A DNA stretch of 64,000 nt from an uncultured Acidobacteriota bacterium (GTDB taxonomy: Bacteria; Acidobacteriota; Terriglobia; Bryobacterales; UBA6623), in the NCBI GenBank assembly GCA_963805925.1, contig CAWDWB010000010.1, positions 212,527-276,526 of the forward strand, in the 5' to 3' direction. The notes beneath the pieces were generated by a model that saw nothing but the letters and a program-made list of their open reading frames with translations, did no database searches and was not told the origin of the DNA. Of this stretch, positions 1 through 9,229 are shown one piece after another; position 1 is the stretch's first letter; each line of letters begins with the position of its first letter. Position numbers and translations under genes: made by a program.

Positions 1-1325
1 AGTGCGTAGGCCGATGCGAGCCGAGGCAACAGTTTCCGCTGGTGAGTGCGGTAGTCGAGCAAGCGAATCTCGTCCGCGCCCGCCGCGCCGAATTGGCGTC
101 GACGATCACCGTAACGAATAGCGATGACCAGGCCGGCCTTCATTGCGCTCAGGGCGCCCAGCGCAACGCTGACGCGGCCGGCGACGAGCGCCCCAATTGT
201 CGTAAAGAAGCGCTTGGAAGGGCTGTCGATCGGGCTGACATATTCGCCTTCAGGCGTCACGTCGGCGTATCGGTTCAACAGATTCTCACGCGGCACGCGG
301 ACGTGATCAAACCAGATGCGCCCGTTGTCGACGCCGTTCAGTCCCAGTTTCTGACCGCAATCCTCGATGCGCACGCCCGGCATCGTTGCGCCGCTATTGT
401 CTCGAATCGGAGCCAGCAGTGCGTGGACGCCTTGCACCTCGCCGCCGACGATGAGCTGCGCGAAGACCACGGTCAATCGTCCGTGAACGGCAGCGTTGCC
501 GATATAGTTCTTCTGCGCCGAATCGGTCGGCGTATGAATTTCAAATTCGCCGCGCGCCGGGTCATAAGTTGCGGTGGTCTCGATGTCGGCGACGTTGGAA
601 CCGTGGCCCAGCTCGGTCATGGCGAAGCAGCCAGGGAGCTCAACGGTTCCGGCCTGGCGCAGATAAAGATCGTGATGGCGCTTGGTGCCGAGCGCGTGGA
701 TCGTGCCGCCGAAGAGCCCAAACTGCACGCCGAACTTGATCGTGAGGCTGATGTCGTAATAGGCAGTGGTTTCAAAAGCGACCGCGAAACGGCCCATGTC
801 GTTGGAGCCGCCGTATTCTTCGGGATAAGACAGCGCGCCAATGCCTTCCGCCGCCAAAACCTTGAGTTGTTCGAGAACCTGCTCGCGGTGGGCCTCTTTG
901 CTGAGCCCGAAACGCCGTACAAATCTGGGACCGCTGACGATATCCAATACGCGCCGCCGGGTTGCCGCACGTTTGCCTGCCACAATGGCTTGCAGCGCCG
1001 AAACAGAGAAAGAGGCGCCGGCATTTGAAGCCGGCGGCGCGGCTTTTGGCCGCGGCTCGCTGACCGAGGCTAGATCGCCGTGCATCGGTTTCAGCAGAGT
1101 CTGCAGCGATTCGATGGAGGGCGGACGATTCGGCTGCAGCCAGGACATCAGGTCTGCGCGGGTTGTCTCTGAGAGCCCTTTTGCCGAGGCGATGTGGGTC
1201 TGCACGGAGCGAATTTCATCATCCGTGAGCTCACCGTCGGTCCATGCCGCATAGATGAGCCGCAGGAAAGGCGCTGCCGCAGGATCTGAAGGAATAGCGT
1301 GAAGGTGAGTGGAGGCGTCTGGCAT
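1..1325 (-). CDS. acyl-CoA oxidase/dehydrogenase-like flavoprotein, N-terminal about 441 codons (C-terminus runs off the window start)
   Basis: My own reverse-strand translation from ATG at 1325..1323 stays open to base 1. It is absent from the ORF track because there is no stop in the window. It contains ...CFAMTELGHGSNVADIETTATYDP..., ...GVHALLAPIRD... and ...LDYRTHQRKLLPRLASAYA..., which are acyl-CoA DH/ACOX-type motifs. The + ORF 42..1028 is its antisense shadow. Confidence 0.8.
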   Translation of the reverse strand, partial: MPDASTHLHAIPSDPAAAPFLRLIYAAWTDGELTDDEIRSVQTHIASAKGLSETTRADLMSWLQPNRPPSIESLQTLLKPMHGDLASVSEPRPKAAPPASNAGASFSVSALQAIVAGKRAATRRRVLDIVSGPRFVRRFGLSKEAHREQVLEQLKVLAAEGIGALSYPEEYGGSNDMGRFAVAFETTAYYDISLTIKFGVQFGLFGGTIHALGTKRHHDLYLRQAGTVELPGCFAMTELGHGSNVADIETTATYDPARGEFEIHTPTDSAQKNYIGNAAVHGRLTVVFAQLIVGGEVQGVHALLAPIRDNSGATMPGVRIEDCGQKLGLNGVDNGRIWFDHVRVPRENLLNRYADVTPEGEYVSPIDSPSKRFFTTIGALVAGRVSVALGALSAMKAGLVIAIRYGDRRRQFGAAGADEIRLLDYRTHQRKLLPRLASAYA

Positions 1326-1361
1326 GGCGATGGTTCGCCACTCAGTATGCCGGATTGGAGC

Positions 1362-2483
1362 TTAGGCCAGCTCTTGTGCGATCTCTTGATGCCGCCTCAG
1401 CAGAAACGTGTCGGTCATGCCGGCAATGTAGTCGCACACCGCCCGTTGCATCGATTCCTGCTCGGCCTGCTCCTGATAAGGGCGGGGAAGGCTCTCAGGG
1501 TGCTCCATGAAGTAGGCGAAGACGGCGTCGAGCTTTTCGACGGACCGTTCCCCGCGTTCGGCCACGGCAGGGGATTTGTAGACTTCGCGGCTTAGCAGTT
1601 GCTTGAGCGCTTTTGCGGCTTGGGAGGCATCGGGCATGAGTCGGGCGAGGCGTCCCGAGTGTTCGCGGACGTCGTCCGCCTGCTCCACACCTGCCTCTTC
1701 CGCGGCGGATTTGGTTCCTTCGATGAGCGAGGAGACGAAGAAGTTCAGCAGCCGGCGCAGCGCCTCATTGAACCAATCCCAACGGTGAGCTTCAGGGTAG
1801 GAGGTTTGGGCTTCCGCGAAAAGCTCGCCGAACAATTCAATCTCAGAACAGACGACATCGATCTCTAGGGCTTTGGCTTCGACCGCGTCGTCCAGGTCTC
1901 CGCAGTTGTAGGCAATCTCGTCGGCTGGGTCAATGAGTTGCGCCTCAAGCAGGGGACGCAGAGTGAGCAAGTACTCGGCCATCTCGGGGTGCTCGGCCTC
2001 GGTAAAGTCACAGGAATGCTTGAGCAGGCCTTCGCGTACTTCGAAAGTTAGGTTAAGCCCCGGCGCCGCGGCGTAGCGTCGTTCGAAGCGCTCCACAATG
2101 CGAAGCGAGTGGATGTTGTGGTCAAAGCGGTCACCGTAGCGGCGCATTGCGCGATCCAGCGCGGCCTCGCCGGCGTGGCCAAACGGCGGGTGCCCCAGGT
2201 CATGGCCCAGAGCTAGGGCTTCGGCGAGATCCTCATTGAGGCCCAGCGCCCTGGCTGCCGTGCGGGTGACCTGAGAGACCTCGATGGTGTGCGTCAAACG
2301 GTTCCGGAAATGATCCGAAAGCGGGGCCGTGAAGACCTGAGTCTTCTCCTGCATGCGTCGGAAGGCGCGGGAGTGGATAATCCGATCGCGATCGCGTTGG
2401 AACGGATTGCGGTACGGGTGTTCCGGCTCTGGACGGCGTCGGCCTCGACTCTGTGACGGATCGAAGCGGAGCCGTTGGAGCAT
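1362..2483 (-). CDS. dgt: dGTPase-like HD-domain triphosphohydrolase
   Basis: 373-aa ORF. RDRDRIIHSRAFRRMQEKTQVF, HFRNRLTHTIEVSQV and LGHDLGHPPFGH match the dGTP triphosphohydrolase-like HD family. Confidence 0.85.
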   Translation of the reverse strand: MLQRLRFDPSQSRGRRRPEPEHPYRNPFQRDRDRIIHSRAFRRMQEKTQVFTAPLSDHFRNRLTHTIEVSQVTRTAARALGLNEDLAEALALGHDLGHPPFGHAGEAALDRAMRRYGDRFDHNIHSLRIVERFERRYAAAPGLNLTFEVREGLLKHSCDFTEAEHPEMAEYLLTLRPLLEAQLIDPADEIAYNCGDLDDAVEAKALEIDVVCSEIELFGELFAEAQTSYPEAHRWDWFNEALRRLLNFFVSSLIEGTKSAAEEAGVEQADDVREHSGRLARLMPDASQAAKALKQLLSREVYKSPAVAERGERSVEKLDAVFAYFMEHPESLPRPYQEQAEQESMQRAVCDYIAGMTDTFLLRRHQEIAQELA

Positions 2484-2499
2484 GGCAAGTCGCGGCGGG

Positions 2500-3201
2500 T
2501 TAGCTCTGCGGAAGGTTGCGGAGTTCCTGCGCTGCGATGGTACTGGCCGGCCCCGTGGCGTCTACCAGTTCTTGCAGCAGTGACCGGGCCCCGGCGGGAT
2601 CGCTCTCGGCAATGGTCCGGGCGAGACCCAACTTGGCGCGCGAAGCGGGAACCACGGTGGTGGGGTTGCTCACCAACTTCTCGTATTCGGAGCGGGCGCC
2701 GGCAACGTCGCCTTCGGCGGCGAGAACGTCCGCTAAGGCCAGACGGGCCAGCGAAGCGTACTCGGCATCGGCGCCGGCGATCGCCGACTGGAGCTTCGTC
2801 TTGGCAGCTGCGTAGTCCTCGGCTTCTATATCAAACAGCGCGTAGTAGTAGTCTGCCGCGGCGGCCGCCTTGGTACCGGGAAAGCCCGTCTTGACCTTCT
2901 CCAGCGCTGCGGATACCTCGCGCACACGCTCGCCTGACGTAACGAAAGCCTGCGTGCCAGGTTGAGGATCAACCGACACAGGCCGGCTGAACATGACGGC
3001 AGCCTCCTGAAGGGCGGCCATCGAGTCCAGGCGTTGACTCTGCTGGTGGCTATAGAACCAACCGCCGCCGACAATCGCGATGACCGCAACTGCCAACCCA
3101 ACGACGATGGTCGTACGGTGTTCGGTGAAGTATTGGATCTCCCGACCCACTTCTTCAACGAACTTATCGTGCTTTAGGTCTTTGCGCTTAATGGTTGCCA
3201 C
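2500..3201 (-). CDS. YfgM-like single-pass membrane protein with TPR-like periplasmic domain
   Basis: 233 aa. N-terminal KRKDLKHDKFVEEV followed by one TM helix (IVVGLAVAVIAIVGGGWFY), then an Ala-rich helical repeat region. Confidence 0.55.
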   Translation of the reverse strand: MATIKRKDLKHDKFVEEVGREIQYFTEHRTTIVVGLAVAVIAIVGGGWFYSHQQSQRLDSMAALQEAAVMFSRPVSVDPQPGTQAFVTSGERVREVSAALEKVKTGFPGTKAAAAADYYYALFDIEAEDYAAAKTKLQSAIAGADAEYASLARLALADVLAAEGDVAGARSEYEKLVSNPTTVVPASRAKLGLARTIAESDPAGARSLLQELVDATGPASTIAAQELRNLPQS

Positions 3202-3402
3202 AGTTGCCTCTCTAGGGGACTCAAAACATTATGGCACGTTGACCCTAAAGGGGTTGCACTGAGTTGAGAGTTCAGGAGTCCCGGAATCAGGTCCTCGATC
3301 AGTACCAAAGTACCATAACGTGTAGGGTGGTTTTGGTCCGATACATTTAGGGACACCCTTGGTTTCCGCTTGAGTTAAAACACTGAAAATTAAGGGAAAC
3401 CC

Positions 3403-5052
3403 TTGGCAGGAATGCTAAAGGGCTGTATACTCGCGGTGGTAATGCTAAGAGACCTAGAGCGTACGCCAGTCCTATCGCAGGACGGGGTCGTCCTAAGCAA
3501 GAAGGTCCAGAAGGATCTACGCAGGCTAGCGGCTAAGCTAGGACCTGCTGCTAGTACGATTGAGGCGCGTTGGCGCCGGCGTCTCAAGGGAGTGTTTGAT
3601 GAGCGGCTCGACGCCTCTCGTCAGCGGGCATTGGCCTCGATAAATCCTGGCGCCTGGTTGGAGCTGCTTGCAGCAGGCAAGTTGGAAGAGTTTTTCGAGA
3701 ATGTGGAGTATCACGCTCGCCGGCTGGCGAAGCTCGATGTGCCTCCAGCAAAGGTTTTGGCGTCTGTGGCCGAGTACGAACGGGCCTTTGGCCCAGAACT
3801 GAAAAAGGCCTTTCCCAAAGATCATGCCAGTTACGGTTCTGCCCTAGATCACCTCTACTTCGGCATCAAGTTGACGCTCAACAACGCGTACTACCACGTA
3901 CGCGACTTAGAGGCCGCCGCGTTCTATGACGTACTACAGGACCAGCTCGAAACGCTCCGCGTGAAAGAACTGCTCCAACGCGTCCTGGAGACCCTAACCA
4001 GAACATTTCGCGCCAATGGCGGCGTCATTCTGCTTACCGAACCGGATTCGGACCAACTGACGGTAAAAGCCTGGAAGGGAATGAGCGATCCGATGGCGGG
4101 CTGCTTTGATACGAAGGTCGGTGAAGGACTGGCCGGCGAAGTCGCCGCGTCCGGCAAGGCCGAGGTCATCGTTTCGGTTGCCGACGACGCCCGTGTTAAA
4201 TCCGGCAAGATCCGCCAGAATTTCCACAGCCTGTGGGCCGTGCCCTTGGCCGTACGCGGCAAGATTACCGGCGTCGTTGAACTCGGCTTCTCCCACGAGT
4301 ACAACTGCCTGCCCCGTGAGATGAAGCTTTTCGAGGCCATCGCCGAGCGTTGCGCTCTGGCTATCGACAAAGCGCAATTGCTTGAAGAACTGCACGAACG
4401 CGAGGAGCAGATTCGTGCGCTCGGCGAGCACATGATGAAGGTTGAAGAAGAGGAGCGCCGACGGATTAGCCGCGAACTCCACGACGAAGTCGGCCAAAGT
4501 TTGCTGGTCGTCCGCTTGTACCTCGAAATGATCGAGGGCATGGTTCAGGGCGAGGCAAACAAGCAGGCTAGCGCCAAGTTGGCGGATACGCGCAAGGTGG
4601 TCGAGGACACCATCGTCGAGATGCGCCGCCTGATTTCCGCGCTGAGCCCCAGCGTCCTCCAGGCGCTTGGGTTACCCGCCAGCATCAGACAGTTTGTGAG
4701 GAACTTGGGACGCACGTTCCCGGGACGAGTTCGGGTTCGCATGTCGGAACTCGACGAATTGCCGGAAGGTCCCAAGATCATGATGTATCGGTTGGTTCAA
4801 GAGTGTTTCACCAACGCGGTCAAGCACTCCTGCGCCGATAACGTGAGCCTGCAAGTAAGCCGCAAGAACGGTTCGGTTTGCATGAGGTTGCAGGACGACG
4901 GAGTTGGTTTTGATGTGAAGGATGCGGCTCGTAAGCGCGAATCGTTCGGCCTGGCCGGGATGCGCGAGCGGGTTGCTTTGCTTGGCGGCGACATCGACAT
5001 TCAGACAAACCCCGGAGAGGGTACGAAGGTGTCGATCGCCATTCCCGTCTAA
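3403..5052 (+). CDS. GAF-domain sensor histidine kinase (HisKA_3/NarX-type)
   Basis: 549 aa. GAF-like core (GEGLAGEVAASGKAEVI...WAVPL), phospho-acceptor box RRISRELHDEVGQSL, and ATPase N/G boxes (ECFTNAVKHS, DDGVGF, FGLAGMRERVALLGG). The start codon is uncertain. Confidence 0.85.
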   Translation: MAGMLKGCILAVVMLRDLERTPVLSQDGVVLSKKVQKDLRRLAAKLGPAASTIEARWRRRLKGVFDERLDASRQRALASINPGAWLELLAAGKLEEFFENVEYHARRLAKLDVPPAKVLASVAEYERAFGPELKKAFPKDHASYGSALDHLYFGIKLTLNNAYYHVRDLEAAAFYDVLQDQLETLRVKELLQRVLETLTRTFRANGGVILLTEPDSDQLTVKAWKGMSDPMAGCFDTKVGEGLAGEVAASGKAEVIVSVADDARVKSGKIRQNFHSLWAVPLAVRGKITGVVELGFSHEYNCLPREMKLFEAIAERCALAIDKAQLLEELHEREEQIRALGEHMMKVEEEERRRISRELHDEVGQSLLVVRLYLEMIEGMVQGEANKQASAKLADTRKVVEDTIVEMRRLISALSPSVLQALGLPASIRQFVRNLGRTFPGRVRVRMSELDELPEGPKIMMYRLVQECFTNAVKHSCADNVSLQVSRKNGSVCMRLQDDGVGFDVKDAARKRESFGLAGMRERVALLGGDIDIQTNPGEGTKVSIAIPV

Positions 5053-5129
5053 CGGGAGCGACTGTTTTGTTTTTGGAAGGAGCGGACAATTCGTCCGGAT
5101 TCGGTTACTAGGAGCCGAGGAGAATAGCA

Positions 5130-5795
5130 ATGTCGAAAATTCGAATCCTGCTGACTGACGATCACACTCTGTTTCGTCAAGGCATCTTGAACATGTTGGA
5201 ACACGAGTCGGATATCGAGGTGGTCGGGGAGGCTGCTAACGGTACTGAGTCCGTGGACGCGGTTCCGGCGCTTCGCCCGGACGTGGTGCTGATGGACATC
5301 GGCATGCCGGGGCTGTCGAGCTTTGAAGCCACGCGGCAAATCAAGAAGCTGCGTCCCGAGACGAAGATTCTGTTCCTGACGATGTACGACGACGAAGATT
5401 ACTTGGTCGAGTGCATGGAAGTTGGCGGCAGCGGCTACGTCCTCAAGGACTCGCCTGCCGGCCAGTTGCTCGCGGCCATTCGCGACGTGCATCGCGGCGG
5501 CAGCTACCTGAGTCCGAAGATGCTTTCGCAGTTGGTGGACGACTTCCGCTCGCGGATCAAGTCGACCCATCGTCAACCGCGTTTTGCCACCTTGACGCCG
5601 CGCGAAAAGGAGATCTTGAAGTTCTTGGCCGAAGGCCAGTCCGTCAAGGAGATCGCCCAGCACTTGAATCTCAGCGTCAAGACGGTTGAAGCTCACAAGT
5701 TCAACTTGATGCGCAAACTGGACATCCACAACAAGGCGCAACTGGTGCAGTACGCCATCCAGAAAAAGATCATCCAAATCCCTGTCGGCCCCTAG
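5130..5795 (+). CDS. NarL/LuxR-family response regulator
   Basis: 221 aa. Receiver domain (ILLTDDH...DVVLMDIGMPG...) plus a C-terminal LuxR HTH (LTPREKEILKFLAEGQSVKEIAQHLNLSVKTVEAHKFNLMRKL). A GAGGAG RBS lies upstream. Confidence 0.9.
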   Translation: MSKIRILLTDDHTLFRQGILNMLEHESDIEVVGEAANGTESVDAVPALRPDVVLMDIGMPGLSSFEATRQIKKLRPETKILFLTMYDDEDYLVECMEVGGSGYVLKDSPAGQLLAAIRDVHRGGSYLSPKMLSQLVDDFRSRIKSTHRQPRFATLTPREKEILKFLAEGQSVKEIAQHLNLSVKTVEAHKFNLMRKLDIHNKAQLVQYAIQKKIIQIPVGP

Positions 5796-5843
5796 TCGAC
5801 CTGTTTGACAATGAATTGCAGATAGATCGATACTGAAGGGGCT

Positions 5844-6128
5844 TTGAGCGACCCGCTTCAAGCCCCTTCGGCGATCCCTGCTGAGCCATTGCGCAGCCTA
5901 ACTGAGTTGCAGTTAGGCGAGCAGGGTATTGTTGATTCCATTAGCCTCCCAGAAGGGGACTCCAGGCGTCTGATGGAGCTGGGTTTTTTGCCCGGCGCCG
6001 AGATACGGTACGCGCGTCGGTCGCCATTCGGCGACCCGAGGGTATTCCTGGTTGACGGCTCGGAGATAGCTTTGCGACGTGACACAGCGTTGCATATACT
6101 GTTGAAGCCGTTGCCGCAGCGGGGATAA
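5844..6128 (+). CDS. feoA: FeoA-family ferrous iron transport protein
   Basis: 94 aa. SLTELQLGEQGIVDSI...RRLMELGFLPGAEI is the FeoA SH3-like pattern. TTG start. The stop overlaps the feoB start (TAATG). Confidence 0.8.
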   Translation: MSDPLQAPSAIPAEPLRSLTELQLGEQGIVDSISLPEGDSRRLMELGFLPGAEIRYARRSPFGDPRVFLVDGSEIALRRDTALHILLKPLPQRG

Positions 6129-8005
6129 TGGCCGCTTCTTGCCATCCTGAGGTCGTAGACCCAACCGCGTCCGGCGGCTTCGGCCGGCGGCTGGTGGCGT
6201 TGGTTGGCCCCCCCAACTCAGGCAAATCCACTCTCTTTAATCGTCTCACCGGATTGCGCCAAAAGGTCGCCAACTACCCCGGCGTAACGGTCGAAAAGAA
6301 AGTCGGCACCGCGAAGCTGACCGCCGGGCTTGAGGTCGACGTAGTCGATCTCCCGGGCGTCTACAGCCTGGAGCCGCGGTCAGAAGACGAAGTCATCACC
6401 CACGACGTCCTGCAAGGCAAGGTCCCGGGCATCAAGCGCCCCGACGCAGTCGTCTTGGTATTGGACGCCACCAACCTCAATCGGCATCTCACCTTGGCTG
6501 CGCCGATCATCGCGCTGGGCATGCCGACTCTGGTCGTGTTGAACATGGCCGACGACATGCGCAAGCGCGGCGGCTCGCTCGACGTCAACGAACTCTCAAA
6601 GAGAATCGGTTCGCCTGTGGCCCTGCTGAGCGGCAAGACCGGCGAGGGATTGGAGCCGCTACGGGAATTCCTTGAAGGTCGCCTTGGGGCGCCGCCGCCG
6701 GTGCAACTGCCCGTGCTGCAGAACGTGCCCGGTTGCAGAGCGTGGGCGGTCGAGGCGAATAACAAGGCGGGTTACCGTCAACCGGCGCCGCCTGAGTGGA
6801 CGCGCCGCTTGGACGCAGTCTTTCTGCATCCCGTCGCCGGGCCGCTAGTGTTCTTGACTGTCGTTGTGGCGGTCTTTCAGTCGATCTTCACCCTGGCGCA
6901 GCCGTTGATGGACGGCGTCGAAGCGCTGATCGCCATGAGCGGCGGCTGGATTGAATCGAGCTTGCCGCCTAGCTTGTTGAGGTCTCTGCTTGTTGAGGGC
7001 GTTTGGGGCGGCGTCGGATCCGTCCTCGTCTTTCTGCCGCAGATATTGGTTCTGTTCCTGTTCATCGGGGTTCTGGAGGACTCGGGCTACCTGGCTCGCG
7101 CCGCCCTGATCGCCGATCGGACGATGGCCAAGGTGGGTCTGCAAGGCAAGTCGTTTATCCCGCTGCTTTCCGCCTACGCTTGCGCGGTTCCGGCCATTCT
7201 GGCGACGCGGACGATTGAGAACAAGCGCGACCGTATTGCCACGATACTGATCGCCCCGTTCATGACCTGCTCGGCACGATTGCCGGTCTATACGTTGGTG
7301 ATCGCGGCGTTCATTCCCGAGCGGCCGCTGCTGGGACCGATCGGTACGCGGGCTGGCGCTATGCTGGGTCTTTATTTGATCGGCTTTCTGGCCGCATTCG
7401 GCACCGCGAGCTTGTTGAAGAGTTCCGTGCTCAAGAGCGTTCGGACGCCGTTCATGCTCGAACTGCCTCCCTATCGGATGCCCTCGTTCAGGGGCATTGG
7501 CTTGCGCCTGTATGACCGTTCGAAAGTATTCCTACGGCGAGCCGGCACGATCATCCTCGGCACGACAGTGCTTCTTTGGATCCTAGCGACCGTGCCTATG
7601 GTGAATGGTCAACCCGCTGCGATCGAAAGCAGCTTGGCCGGAACCCTGGGGCGGGCTATAGAGCCGCTGGTGGCCCCGCTCGGCTTCAATTGGAAGATTG
7701 CCATCGGGCTAATTACTTCGTTGGCGGCGCGGGAAGTAATCGTCGGCACTTTGGGCACGATCTATGGAATGGAGTCGGCAGACGAGACATCCCATGGGTT
7801 GCAGGCCGCCTTGCAGGCCGATCTCAGTATCGGCGGCGCTGCAGCCCTGCTGGTCTTCTTCGCTTTCGCCATGCAGTGCATGTCGACGGTGGCAGTGGTT
7901 CGCCGGGAAACGGGCGGCTGGCGCTGGCCGATCATTCAGTTCACTTACATGACGGCGCTGGCATATGTATGCGCCTTTGGCGTCAATCAATTGCTCTCGC
8001 CCTAG
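6128..8005 (+). CDS. feoB: ferrous iron transporter FeoB
   Basis: 625 aa. G-domain motifs GPPNSGKSTLFN, DLPG and NMAD, followed by a multi-TM gate domain. Confidence 0.95.
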   Translation: MAASCHPEVVDPTASGGFGRRLVALVGPPNSGKSTLFNRLTGLRQKVANYPGVTVEKKVGTAKLTAGLEVDVVDLPGVYSLEPRSEDEVITHDVLQGKVPGIKRPDAVVLVLDATNLNRHLTLAAPIIALGMPTLVVLNMADDMRKRGGSLDVNELSKRIGSPVALLSGKTGEGLEPLREFLEGRLGAPPPVQLPVLQNVPGCRAWAVEANNKAGYRQPAPPEWTRRLDAVFLHPVAGPLVFLTVVVAVFQSIFTLAQPLMDGVEALIAMSGGWIESSLPPSLLRSLLVEGVWGGVGSVLVFLPQILVLFLFIGVLEDSGYLARAALIADRTMAKVGLQGKSFIPLLSAYACAVPAILATRTIENKRDRIATILIAPFMTCSARLPVYTLVIAAFIPERPLLGPIGTRAGAMLGLYLIGFLAAFGTASLLKSSVLKSVRTPFMLELPPYRMPSFRGIGLRLYDRSKVFLRRAGTIILGTTVLLWILATVPMVNGQPAAIESSLAGTLGRAIEPLVAPLGFNWKIAIGLITSLAAREVIVGTLGTIYGMESADETSHGLQAALQADLSIGGAAALLVFFAFAMQCMSTVAVVRRETGGWRWPIIQFTYMTALAYVCAFGVNQLLSP

Positions 8006-8073
8006 CAGGTCTAATCTAAGGTTTTTCTATGCTTTACAGGCTTCGTCGAGGTGGTTACCGTAGTTAAAGCGCC

Positions 8074-8526
8074 TTGAGAGATTGCCGTGCATCTTTGCCG
8101 CGGTCGGGTTCGTTCCGGCTAGCCGGCTTTCGTTTTGTCATCGTTCTCCTCGCCGCGTTAGCAGCTGGGTGCAGCGGCGCCGACGCTGACGCCCCAGGGA
8201 CACTCGAAGGTTCGGACGATCCTGCCTTGGCGACTGTTCAGATCGCGGGGGTGGTGGTCGGATTCGTCGGTACGGGAATGGTGGTGGAGAACCATTCGAA
8301 CCTAACCCTCAAGAGCGTCGTGATCGTGGTCAACGAGGGCGGGGCGGAGGGCGGTTACCGATTCCGTATCCAGCAGATGGGTCCCAACACCACCAGTACT
8401 TATCTGACCCAAGTTTTCCGCAACCCGGAAGGTCAAAGCCTGGATCCCGACACAGTCAAGGTCCAGAAGTTTTCGCTCTACGCCGACACGCCTCAAGGCC
8501 GCGGCGTTTGGCGCGGCGCCTACTAG
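8074..8526 (+). CDS. hypothetical lipoprotein
   Basis: 150 aa, TTG start. Signal peptide with lipobox LAALAAGC|SG. No recognisable family. Confidence 0.5.
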   Translation: MRDCRASLPRSGSFRLAGFRFVIVLLAALAAGCSGADADAPGTLEGSDDPALATVQIAGVVVGFVGTGMVVENHSNLTLKSVVIVVNEGGAEGGYRFRIQQMGPNTTSTYLTQVFRNPEGQSLDPDTVKVQKFSLYADTPQGRGVWRGAY

Positions 8527-8990
8527 TCCGTAGTTCCCCTATTCCGGCCGGCGGCTTCTGTCGATCTTGCCTGACAGTATGGGGCTCCATCGGCGATATT
8601 CCAGACAGTGCGGTTTTGACCTTCAGCCGGGGCCTCCCCGGTCTCGACGCCCACCAGTTCGTCATCCTTAAGCCGGATGGGCTGGAGCCGATCGTGCTGC
8701 TGCAAAGCGTCGATAGCCCGGATATCGGCCTGCCCGCGATCCCTTGCCGTAGCGTGATTGCCAGTTATGAGGTAAAACTCGACGAAGACGATCGGGCCGA
8801 ACTGGCCATTCCCGAGCAGTACGACGAATCGTCGCTGTTGTACCTCGCCGTACTGCTCATGGGCAACGATGCCGGCCCCTACTGCAACCTAGCCGCCCCG
8901 ATCGTGATCAACGCCGAGAACAATCGAGGGTGCCAGGTCGCGGCCGTGGACAGTCCCTACGCGACGCTGCATCCGCTCGTGGAAGGCTAG
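8508..8990 (+). CDS. fliW: flagellar assembly factor / CsrA antagonist FliW
   Basis: LTFSRGLPGLDAHQFVIL...PIVLLQS...NLAAPIVIN...RGCQV matches the FliW pattern (F..GlpGF...f.l...P...LQS...NL.aPivin). It lies immediately upstream of csrA. The true start may be an internal non-ATG codon. Confidence 0.75.
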   Translation: MARRLLVRSSPIPAGGFCRSCLTVWGSIGDIPDSAVLTFSRGLPGLDAHQFVILKPDGLEPIVLLQSVDSPDIGLPAIPCRSVIASYEVKLDEDDRAELAIPEQYDESSLLYLAVLLMGNDAGPYCNLAAPIVINAENNRGCQVAAVDSPYATLHPLVEG

Positions 8991-8992
8991 CT

Positions 8993-9229
8993 GTGCTGGT
9001 GCTGAGCCGCCATGTGGGCGAGTCTGTCCGAATCGGAGAGAACATCGAAATCACCGTCTTGGATGTACGCGCCGGAGCAGTTAAGATCGGCATCGCGGCC
9101 CCCAGGGCTGTCCGAATCTTTCGCTCCGAGCTGGAAAGCATCAATCGCCAGGCCGCTGCCGACTGGCACGACAAGGATCAATTGTCCGCGCTAGCTCAGC
9201 GGCTGCGTAAGAGAGCGGATACCCCTTAG
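8993..9229 (+). CDS. csrA: carbon storage regulator CsrA
   Basis: A GTG at 8993 gives (M)LVLSRHVGESVRIGENIEITVLDVRAGAVKIGIAAPRAVRIFRSEL, the canonical CsrA fold sequence. The ORF-track start at 8930 lies inside fliW. Confidence 0.9.
   Translation: MLVLSRHVGESVRIGENIEITVLDVRAGAVKIGIAAPRAVRIFRSELESINRQAAADWHDKDQLSALAQRLRKRADTP

Noticed and set aside
42-1028. 328-aa + strand ORF at the window start
   Set aside because: It has Arg/Ala-rich, non-protein-like composition and lies exactly antisense to a reverse-strand frame with clear acyl-CoA DH/ACOX motifs. It is a shadow ORF typical of high-GC DNA.
5049-5861. 270-aa - strand ORF
   Set aside because: It is antisense to the NarL-type response regulator, whose receiver and HTH motifs are unambiguous.
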